Source: a virus
Taxonomy: Duplodnaviria; Heunggongvirae; Uroviricota; Caudoviricetes
DNA: 64,000 nt
Reading direction: 5' to 3' (one strand)
IMG/VR virus record: IMGVR_UViG_3300025015_000015
Numbering within the stretch: the first letter of the stretch is position 1; each line of letters opens with the position of its first letter. The notes beneath the pieces are model-generated. The model did no database searches and was not told the DNA's origin. It was given only the letters and a program-made list of their open reading frames with translations. Shown here one piece after another: positions 56,516 through 64,000 of the stretch. A program made the translations under genes and the position numbers.

Positions 56516-59500
56516 TCTTTACCAATTTCCCATTCAATATTAGATTTAACACCTTCCTGCCATTTAAATCTATTAGATTTAAAAATTTCATCTGAAAAAC
56601 TAACTAATTCTTCAACTTCATCAGGAACAGCATCAAATGTAGCACTATCATGAATTTCAATACAAAGTCTCGACTTTAATTTACGTTTAATAATTTCTTC
56701 ATCAATTTTACTTAATGCATCAAGAAACAAATGAAAACTAGAATTATGTACAATATATCCATCACACATAAACTTTTGCTCTGGACAATTAATAACATCA
56801 TACATTTCCTCTGTATCATTAAAAACATTAATAGATTTTACGGTTTCTGTATTATATCCTTTCAAATTTTTATATGTTAGTTGTGTTGATACTTTATCCT
56901 GTTTATCTTTATTAATGAATCCAATTTTCTCAAGGAAGGTATAATTATGTCTTCTTCTTATCCATAATTTAGTTAATTTATCATACCTATGAAGTCTTGT
57001 TTGTATACCAAAAAGGATAAATGCCTGTTGTAAATCCTCTGGAACAGTTGAATTTGAATATTTTTTACCAAATGTTATATTTATATTTGATTTCCCATCT
57101 CTTTTATCAACTGATACTCCACCATCACCATCAGTATATCCACTTAGAAATCCTCTTAACAAATCAGAAGAACTAAATATATAATCATCAATTCTATCAC
57201 GAAGACACAATAGTCTAATCTGTTCGGTAAGAGTTTTACTATGTATCGTTAAATTAAACATTGGTTTTCTGTTTTCTTTATCCCTATTAACATGTTTAAT
57301 AATATATTTCCAGCCACATTTATCAAATATTCTAGTTATAATTGGAAGAATAGATTCTTCATGTTCAGCCACAAACCATGTTAATTTGGGTTTGGTTTCT
57401 GGAACATGTCCATCGGAAGCTAATCTACCAAGAATTAATCCACGATCAAACTTACTGTTTATTTGTTCCAGTGAATATAAATGTTTTGCCCTTCTATGGG
57501 TAATACTAGAAACAACTTTAATATTAGGTAATTTTTTATTGGAATCCCACAAATTACACGAATTAGATATAAGAATTCTTTCAACCTTTACAAATTCAGA
57601 AGCTTTCTTCCATTTAGTATTTCCATTAATTGCATTAATTGTCATAAATTTATGATCCGGTGATGTAATAATACTTTGACCGTTCATTAATGTTATAATT
57701 TGCCTCTGTTTTAATCCACTTGAAACTACATCAACCAACACAAAATTATCTCCATTCCAAACATGTCTTTTTCCAACACAGTCTTTTATTGATTTATAAC
57801 CATCTTCCTTAGTTAATATTTTACAATTACCATTTAAACAGCCTTGAATAGGATTATTATACAAATCATAAACACTAAGAATTCCAGGACGTTTAAATCC
57901 GGTTAATCCACGGAAGTATCCATGTTCATTATAAAATTTAACTATATTTTTTTGCCATTTATAAATATCAATATATTCGGCAAAAAATTCATCCTGTGTT
58001 TTTTCTATGTGTTTTTTAGTTATTCCATCATTAATAAAAGATTCATATTTAGCTATTGCATTTGGTTTTGAGCCGTAAATTGAAGCAAACACAAAACCAT
58101 TTTTACCACCATATCTTTGATCTTTTGTTACTTCATCTACTGATATTTGATATAATCTAGCTGTCCATCTTTTATGCGGATCAATTCCTTCATTTAATTG
58201 TCTAATTAATTCTTTATCCCTGGAAGACATGGCATTAATACTAAGTTCCAAACCACTATAATCACCTTCTAGAAATACATTTCCTGGACTTGATTCAACA
58301 ATCCTCCTAAATGTCATCATCTCCTTATCATGTTTAAATACAGCCTGAATTGGAGGATTATCAGCAGAAGATCTATATGTTGGAACTACATTTAAATTAT
58401 AATTAGAATGAATTTTCCCATCAGGAAATCTGCATTTTTCATATAAATCTAATTTTGTAATAATTCCAGATGATCCTGCTATTTTTCTATATCTAAATAC
58501 TTTATCAATAAATTCTTTTGCATCTTTATTTTTAATATGTCCATAAGATTCTTGAAGAGATTCAGCACTAGTTGAATTTTTTCCTCCACCGGTTTTTATA
58601 AAACATGGAACTTTACACTTATCAAATAAAATTGATCCTATTTGTGCTGTTGCATTAATATTAAATATCTTTCCGGAATCAATTTCATATTCTTTTACTA
58701 TTTTTAATTCTGATAATTCTTTAATTATTCTTTCAGCTTCTTCTTTATATTTGATTTTAAGGGAATTCAATTCATTTATATTAATACAAACACCAGTTTG
58801 CTTCATTCTTGCAAGAACAACAGCATTTTTATTCCAAAATTTTGAAAAATCTAATAATTTTTGATCTTCCTTTAAAATTTCCAATTGATTATAATATTGT
58901 GCTAAGGTATATCTTGAATCATAACAAGCATATTCAGAATATTCATTTATATTAAGTTTTCCCATTTTAGACTTATCACCAATATCATATTCATGGCCAT
59001 AAGCCCTATAGACTTGAAATTTAAGTCCAGTAGTCCCCATACTACAATTGATGACATGCTCAGTAATCATTGTATCATGAATAAAATTAACTATCTCTAC
59101 ACCAAATACCCCATGTGTCCAACACCATTCCATATTTAAATTTTGAATAACCTTTGGTGCAGAACTTGTTATAAAATCCGTAAATGCCTTTTTAACTTCT
59201 TCAAGCCTATTACCATATGGACTTTTTTGTGTTATTGGATCAATATAATCAATTGGAATACATGTTCCAAAATTAATATCATTTGATAATTGTGCAGTTA
59301 ATATTCTTGAATCTTTATCATATGGATTTAAATTCTGTGTTTCATAATCAAGTGCAACAGGTTTAATAGATTTAGACATTTCATTAATAAATGTAATAGC
59401 TTCATCAGCATTAAGTATTAATTTATTTCCGGATTTATCAAATGATTTTGGAAGTGGTGAACCATAAACTGACAAAACTCTAGCTAAATCATTGGAAAAT

Positions 59501-60126
59501 ACATTAGTATGATCTACACCATTTCCCTCATTATTATGAAGTATATGAGAAGGATGAAATAAACATCCAACCCAACAATTGTATTCATGACTAGGAAATA
59601 CTAAACCATGAGCTAATGATGCTGAAGGTGAAGGTATGGATTTAGGTTTAAGTATGGCTTGAATTGCCTGTGTTCCAAAACACAATATGAATTCGGGATT
59701 AACTTCCTCAATATCTTTAAGAAGGTTTGATCTGCAGCACATTATTTCTTTTGGGGATGGATCTCTATCATGATGGGTTACTGGATCTTTCCCAGGGTAG
59801 CAGCGGAGCACATTGGTGCGAACACAATCATTATCAAGATCTATTCCAAAGATATCTAATTGATGACGTGCAAAATATCCGGATCCACCAACAAACGGAA
59901 TTCCTCTTTCATCCTCTGTTTTTCCGGGGCATTGACCTATGACTAATATTCTTTTGCGTCCTCTTCCAAATCGCTTCATTTTTGGACTTCTACATTTGTT
60001 ACATAGCCCACAGGTATCACAGTCGTATATCACTGCCTTTTTGGGTGATTGGGTAGATTTCTTCTTTACTATTTCATCAGCAGCAAAGAAAAAAGCTTTC
60101 TGTTGAAATTGTTCAAGTTCACTCAT
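56485..60126 (-). CDS. family A (PolA-type) DNA polymerase with an N-terminal family-4 uracil-DNA-glycosylase-like domain, a 3'-5' exonuclease domain, and a LAGLIDADG intein inserted in the palm
   Basis: UDG4: CDTCGLCNKC plus GQCPGKTEDERGIPFVGGSGYF. Exo: ALDYETQNL, HDTM, YACYDSRY. Polymerase: motif A LEGDYSGLELS, motif B RYGGKNGFVFASIYG, motif C IEIHDSATFD. Extein junction NNPIQG|C...HN|S. Confidence 0.8.
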   Translation of the reverse strand: MSELEQFQQKAFFFAADEIVKKKSTQSPKKAVIYDCDTCGLCNKCRSPKMKRFGRGRKRILVIGQCPGKTEDERGIPFVGGSGYFARHQLDIFGIDLDNDCVRTNVLRCYPGKDPVTHHDRDPSPKEIMCCRSNLLKDIEEVNPEFILCFGTQAIQAILKPKSIPSPSASLAHGLVFPSHEYNCWVGCLFHPSHILHNNEGNGVDHTNVFSNDLARVLSVYGSPLPKSFDKSGNKLILNADEAITFINEMSKSIKPVALDYETQNLNPYDKDSRILTAQLSNDINFGTCIPIDYIDPITQKSPYGNRLEEVKKAFTDFITSSAPKVIQNLNMEWCWTHGVFGVEIVNFIHDTMITEHVINCSMGTTGLKFQVYRAYGHEYDIGDKSKMGKLNINEYSEYACYDSRYTLAQYYNQLEILKEDQKLLDFSKFWNKNAVVLARMKQTGVCININELNSLKIKYKEEAERIIKELSELKIVKEYEIDSGKIFNINATAQIGSILFDKCKVPCFIKTGGGKNSTSAESLQESYGHIKNKDAKEFIDKVFRYRKIAGSSGIITKLDLYEKCRFPDGKIHSNYNLNVVPTYRSSADNPPIQAVFKHDKEMMTFRRIVESSPGNVFLEGDYSGLELSINAMSSRDKELIRQLNEGIDPHKRWTARLYQISVDEVTKDQRYGGKNGFVFASIYGSKPNAIAKYESFINDGITKKHIEKTQDEFFAEYIDIYKWQKNIVKFYNEHGYFRGLTGFKRPGILSVYDLYNNPIQGCLNGNCKILTKEDGYKSIKDCVGKRHVWNGDNFVLVDVVSSGLKQRQIITLMNGQSIITSPDHKFMTINAINGNTKWKKASEFVKVERILISNSCNLWDSNKKLPNIKVVSSITHRRAKHLYSLEQINSKFDRGLILGRLASDGHVPETKPKLTWFVAEHEESILPIITRIFDKCGWKYIIKHVNRDKENRKPMFNLTIHSKTLTEQIRLLCLRDRIDDYIFSSSDLLRGFLSGYTDGDGGVSVDKRDGKSNINITFGKKYSNSTVPEDLQQAFILFGIQTRLHRYDKLTKLWIRRRHNYTFLEKIGFINKDKQDKVSTQLTYKNLKGYNTETVKSINVFNDTEEMYDVINCPEQKFMCDGYIVHNSSFHLFLDALSKIDEEIIKRKLKSRLCIEIHDSATFDAVPDEVEELVSFSDEIFKSNRFKWQEGVKSNIEWEIGKDWYSLEPLKL
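56743..57840 (-). mobile_element. 366-aa intein with LAGLIDADG homing endonuclease (two LAGLIDADG boxes) within the polymerase
   Basis: Starts with Cys after NNPIQG; block B TSPDH; LILGRLASDGHV and FLSGYTDGDGGV; ends ...VHN followed by Ser. Confidence 0.7.
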
Positions 60127-60270
60127 TTATTTTCCACGAATTGTAGATCCATCACGCTTTGAAAACATCTCCAATTTTTATTATATTAAAATATTTATCA
60201 CATTCCATTTTCATAAACTGTTAATGTATTATTTCAGTAATTTGTCCGTTTTGTTCTTGCATTATATCCC

Positions 60271-61353
60271 CTAATTTATTTTACTAATAAGTATTAAACA
60301 CTCTAAATAACCATTAGCTATCTTTATCAATCCATCCTTGGTATAAATTTGGATTCCATTTCCAACTAAATTCAAATTCAAATATGAAGCATCTAAAGCG
60401 AAGAAGAATTCTTCTCCAGTATTTTCTATACTAACATTTTCATCTATTACACATTCATTTGAAAAAATAGTTTTTAAAGTCATATTGCCTTTATTAATAT
60501 TAAAAATGGTTCCTTTAATTTTACCTAGTCCGCTTGTATTTTCAGCATTAGAGGCATCATTTATAGATTTATGACGATTTATTATATCAGAAAGATTTTC
60601 ACATTTAATTATAAAACTTGGTCCATCATTATTGAAATATTTACTTAAATCCTGAATATTCTTATTAATTAATACAGAAGTAAACGTCATTCCGGATTTT
60701 GTCTTTAACTGAATAATACTTCTATCATCATTAGTATAAATTTCTTCAACATCAACTTTATATTTCCATAGTATATCAACAAACTTTACTGGAATTGAAA
60801 ATCCAATTTTCTTATCTTTTGTAATTTCTGAATTTAACTTATGTCTCATTATCCTAAACGTATCGGATGAATAACAATAACCGCCAACAGGATCTACTAT
60901 TACACCACAAATAGATGAAGATGCTCCAACGAATTTATTTTTGATTATTCCAGAACATTCTTTAACAGCAACAATGAACTCGTAATTATTGCCATGATAA
61001 ATATCAACATCACAGGTTAAATCAGCAGTGGACTTATCCCTTTCATCAACAATTAAGAATGTAGCACTTATATCACCAGCTTTAACCTTTACTTTATCTC
61101 TTATAATATCAATATCAATTTCTTCAATATTAACGGAATTAATAAAACTTGCAAATTTATCAAGTTTTATAGCCGCTTTAATGTCCGTATCTAATTTACA
61201 TTCAACTTTCAAGCTACCATTATTTGTGTATACAATATTCTTATTAAATATTACACACTGGGACAAAACACCCGACACAATTGGTCTTGCACTCTTTGTT
61301 GAATACTCAATAGCTTCCAAACATCGTATTAATTTTTCTCTATTTACTTTCAT
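60271..61353 (-). CDS. DnaN-like beta sliding clamp
   Basis: 360 aa (E. coli DnaN is 366); N-terminus MKVNREKLIRCLEAIEYSTKSARPIVSGVLSQCVIF parallels DnaN MKFTVEREHLLKPLQQVSGPLGGRPTLPILGNLLLQV. Confidence 0.5.
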   Translation of the reverse strand: MKVNREKLIRCLEAIEYSTKSARPIVSGVLSQCVIFNKNIVYTNNGSLKVECKLDTDIKAAIKLDKFASFINSVNIEEIDIDIIRDKVKVKAGDISATFLIVDERDKSTADLTCDVDIYHGNNYEFIVAVKECSGIIKNKFVGASSSICGVIVDPVGGYCYSSDTFRIMRHKLNSEITKDKKIGFSIPVKFVDILWKYKVDVEEIYTNDDRSIIQLKTKSGMTFTSVLINKNIQDLSKYFNNDGPSFIIKCENLSDIINRHKSINDASNAENTSGLGKIKGTIFNINKGNMTLKTIFSNECVIDENVSIENTGEEFFFALDASYLNLNLVGNGIQIYTKDGLIKIANGYLECLILISKIN

Positions 61354-61362
61354 ATTTTAACC

Positions 61363-61572
61363 TTAAACAATGGATTGAATTTCATTACCTTTTTGAACTT
61401 TAACTTTTATAACCCTTGATATTTCTTCTGAAGCAACAACAGCCTCATTTAAATCTGGATAAACTAGCAACAAAAGTCCATTTTTACCTAAACCCTTATA
61501 TATTCCCCATTCGCCTGTACTTTCAATTTTCCTTACAAACAGGAAATCAACTCCCAATGGTTTAGTTGCCAT
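61363..61572 (-). CDS. hypothetical small protein
   Basis: ORF only. Confidence 0.2.
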   Translation of the reverse strand: MATKPLGVDFLFVRKIESTGEWGIYKGLGKNGLLLLVYPDLNEAVVASEEISRVIKVKVQKGNEIQSIV

Positions 61573-61728
61573 AATTAATCCTCATTTTCATTGCTTTTTA
61601 GCATATAATTACGTAATTAATCTTTAGTGGATTTTCTAACACGCCTAATTAATTGTGATATAATTTTAGATTTTACTTCAAATGGTTGACCTTCCATATT
61701 TGTAACAATATCCCTTGAACGTTGAATA

Positions 61729-62655
61729 TCAGTTCTTTTCATATAGTATCCTCTTTAATTCATTAGATTCCATTTCATCCGGATCTGCATCAGGAGGAAG
61801 TTTTATAACATCAACAGTTTCAATAAACGGTCTAAAATATTCAGCTTCCCGCTTTGCAAACCAATAAGCATCACTATCCCAACAAAATACAATACGTTTA
61901 AGATTTTTATTTAATATTAACTGTTTTTGATCATCCGTTATACTTGTCCCAAAAGAACATACCGCGTTATCTCCGGCACGCCAAGCATCAAGAACACCTT
62001 CTGTAACTATCATTACATCTTCTATTCCATCATAATTATACAAAAGACTTTTAGTATTTTCTGTTCCGTTTTTATATTTTAAATTCGCTTTTCCGGTTAA
62101 GTCAGCACCCTGGAAGGACACAAATTCACCATTTAAATATATTGGAATAATTAAACGATGCATCCACGGTCCCGCCCCACATACTCCACAGTTTCTTGAT
62201 GTAACAAATCTTCTTGAATATTTTCTACGTAAAAGGTACTTATCAAGAAGAGGATAATCCATTTCTTCGTCAATTAATTCAAAACATCTAGGAAGAGAAA
62301 TTTTACTTATTATTCTTGTTTCTTCTACATCAAATGTATGAAATTTTTTATAAATAAGCTCTTGTGGAGAATCCTTGAATGATACATCATCAACAATCAT
62401 ACTTTCAGCTTCGGATCTAGAAATGCCTAAAAGAACTGTTAAAAGATAAGCGAAATGACCTTTAGTGTGACAAAGCCAACAGGAGAATAGCATGTTAGAT
62501 GTATTAATACCACAATGATTACTATGATCATTACACATTGGACATTTAATACCTATAAAACCAATACTAACATTTTTACCCCTTTCCCAATATGGTATAT
62601 CGTGTTCAGTTAAAATTTTTATTATTAAATCTTTATATTGATAATTTATTTCCAT
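61729..62655 (-). CDS. DnaG-like DNA primase (zinc ribbon plus TOPRIM)
   Basis: CPMCNDHSNHCGIN...FSCWLCHTKGH zinc-binding domain; TOPRIM MIVTEGVLDAWRAGDNAV...FCWDSD. Confidence 0.6.
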   Translation of the reverse strand: MEINYQYKDLIIKILTEHDIPYWERGKNVSIGFIGIKCPMCNDHSNHCGINTSNMLFSCWLCHTKGHFAYLLTVLLGISRSEAESMIVDDVSFKDSPQELIYKKFHTFDVEETRIISKISLPRCFELIDEEMDYPLLDKYLLRRKYSRRFVTSRNCGVCGAGPWMHRLIIPIYLNGEFVSFQGADLTGKANLKYKNGTENTKSLLYNYDGIEDVMIVTEGVLDAWRAGDNAVCSFGTSITDDQKQLILNKNLKRIVFCWDSDAYWFAKREAEYFRPFIETVDVIKLPPDADPDEMESNELKRILYEKN

Positions 62656-62967
62656 TTATTCAATTCCTAATCTATCAATTGCATTTTTATATGATTCAGC
62701 TACTTCTTTCAATCTTTTATTTTCTGTTTCAAGTTCCTTTACTTTTATCTGTAATTTCTTAACCCTTGAAGGCCAAATTTGAAGATTTTCATTCCAACCA
62801 AGAATCTCTTTGAATTTATTTCCAATGTGAGCAGCTTGATCACAATGAATAATTGTGTCACCATATGTAGCAACGTGTTGTTGTTTAGTATCTATTCCAA
62901 ACACAACACAATGGGTTAATCCTAATTTCTGTGCTAATTCTTTAATTTCTTTTATAGGTATTCTCAT
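62656..62967 (-). CDS. hypothetical protein
   Basis: ORF only. Confidence 0.25.
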   Translation of the reverse strand: MRIPIKEIKELAQKLGLTHCVVFGIDTKQQHVATYGDTIIHCDQAAHIGNKFKEILGWNENLQIWPSRVKKLQIKVKELETENKRLKEVAESYKNAIDRLGIE

Positions 62968-64000
62968 ATTTCACCACCGTGTTCTCTTAGGAAATCTTCT
63001 ACATCTTTTACAAATGATTGACGCTTCTCTTTATTACTTAAAACTTTAAAATCTATTGATCCGTTCATAACAAAATAATAAGTTAATGTTTCCATGTCTT
63101 GACCACTTCTATTTATTCTACCAGTACACTGTTCCCTTACTCTTGGACTAGAAATTGGGGACATCATAATTGCTACTTTAGCAATAGTTCCGTCCCAACA
63201 TTCAGAGCATGTACTTATCTGACCAATTAATACTTTACACTTTTCATCTTTTTGGAACTTTTCTATATTTTTATTATTATCTGGTTCTCCACCCCTGACC
63301 AAAACATGTTGTATCTTATTTTTATTTAATGCTTCAGTTATTATATTTCCTTCTTCCGTATATCTAAAAAATACGATAACTTTGCAACTTAAATCTTTAA
63401 GTTTATCAATAAGTGCTTCAATTTTTGGGTTATTTTTTAACCTATGAGCATATCTTTGATTATTAATAGTGTAATAAAAGAAGCCACAGGATATTTGTCT
63501 TAGAACTTCACCTTTAGCTTTTATAGAACTAAGTTTAATTTTTACATTACCATCCTGTATTTCAATAGATCCATTTTTAATTATTGAAGATTGAATTATA
63601 TTAAATTCATCTTCCGGATCAACTACCCAAACAATTTCATCATTTTTGGGAAGATCAAAACATTCTTTTCTATCAAAGTATATAACAACATCTGAAATTC
63701 TGTTTAAAATTTCCTCCTTAGCTCCTGTTTTAAGCTCCCATTCATAACCATGTTTATAAAAATACTTTTCTCTATAAAAGAAGAAATTACCACCCAAACT
63801 TCTTCCAAGATCAATTACTTTCATTATATTAAATAATTCAAGCATTGACCGATCAATCGGAGTTCCTGTTACACCAATAACATAATGTACACGTTTTGAT
63901 AATTCGAAGCATATATTTGATTGAATTGAATTATAATCATTTACTCTATGAACTTCATCAATAACTAGACAATCAAAACTTCTAAATATATCCAACTTTG
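62964..64000 (-). CDS. SF2 (DEAD/DEAH or SNF2-like) helicase, C-terminal part; the gene continues beyond the window end
   Basis: Motif II DCLVIDEVHR and motif III VTGTPI; the open frame runs to the window edge. Confidence 0.55.
   Translation of the reverse strand, partial: KLDIFRSFDCLVIDEVHRVNDYNSIQSNICFELSKRVHYVIGVTGTPIDRSMLELFNIMKVIDLGRSLGGNFFFYREKYFYKHGYEWELKTGAKEEILNRISDVVIYFDRKECFDLPKNDEIVWVVDPEDEFNIIQSSIIKNGSIEIQDGNVKIKLSSIKAKGEVLRQISCGFFYYTINNQRYAHRLKNNPKIEALIDKLKDLSCKVIVFFRYTEEGNIITEALNKNKIQHVLVRGGEPDNNKNIEKFQKDEKCKVLIGQISTCSECWDGTIAKVAIMMSPISSPRVREQCTGRINRSGQDMETLTYYFVMNGSIDFKVLSNKEKRQSFVKDVEDFLREHGGEI

Noticed and set aside
56485-60126. Initial impression of a T4-like family B polymerase because of the T4-like neighbours
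   Set aside because: The motifs are clearly PolA (DYSGLELS, RYGGKNGFVFASIYG, IEIHDS), and no family B DTDS or Kx3NSxYG motifs are present.
1-64000. CRISPR arrays, integrase or attachment sites, rRNA
   Set aside because: No regularly spaced short repeats, no tyrosine or serine recombinase motifs and no rRNA-like segments were seen.

Overview
This 64 kb window is AT-rich and looks like part of a large tailed, contractile-tail (myovirus-like) phage genome. Reading my own motif matches, I see five regions. (1) 1-13.9 kb, + strand: a Mu/P2-style baseplate and tail-fibre module with a tape-measure-like protein, LysM tail protein X, gpD-like hub, gpV spike, gpW/gp25, gpJ/gp6 and a large receptor-binding protein. 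The receptor-binding protein has beta-propeller-like repeats and two Ig-like domains, and it is followed by two tandem paralogous fibre genes. (2) 13.95-15.0 kb: a truncated adenylosuccinate-synthetase homologue with Ser in place of the catalytic Asp of PurA, i.e. PurZ-like. (3) 15.1-30.0 kb: a roughly 15 kb island of sugar-nucleotide and glycan biosynthesis genes. It includes GDP-mannose 4,6-dehydratase, two short-chain reductases, a cupin ketoisomerase, a C-methyltransferase, several SAM/FkbM methyltransferases, GT2, GT11, GT25-like and GT9-like transferases, a pyruvyl transferase and a DUF115 (Maf-like) protein. (4) 30-37.5 kb: an accessory, decaying region holding an HTH-phosphoesterase, an SPFH protein, an ATP-dependent DNA ligase remnant, a frameshifted gene carrying a 53 bp tandem duplication, many small minus-strand ORFs, three tRNAs (Ile-UAU, Leu-UAA, Lys-UUU) and two copies of a ~180 bp repeat that carries a consensus TTGACA-N17-TATACT promoter. 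(5) 37.5-64 kb, minus strand: head, packaging and DNA-metabolism genes. These are a trypsin-like protease, a T4 gp20-like portal, a MazG-like pyrophosphohydrolase, the large terminase with a candidate small subunit, a GroES-like protein, a Rad50-like ATPase split around an HNH gene and Mre11, a UvsX-like recombinase, a gp32-like SSB, a DnaX-like clamp loader, a family A DNA polymerase with an N-terminal family-4 UDG-like domain and a LAGLIDADG intein, a DnaN-like clamp, a DnaG-like primase and a partial SF2 helicase. Remnants of one HNH homing-endonuclease family are scattered through the window. The most interesting hypotheses are a PurZ/MazZ/PolA trio that could indicate 2-aminoadenine (Z) DNA, and a phage-encoded methylated deoxy-sugar glycan pathway.
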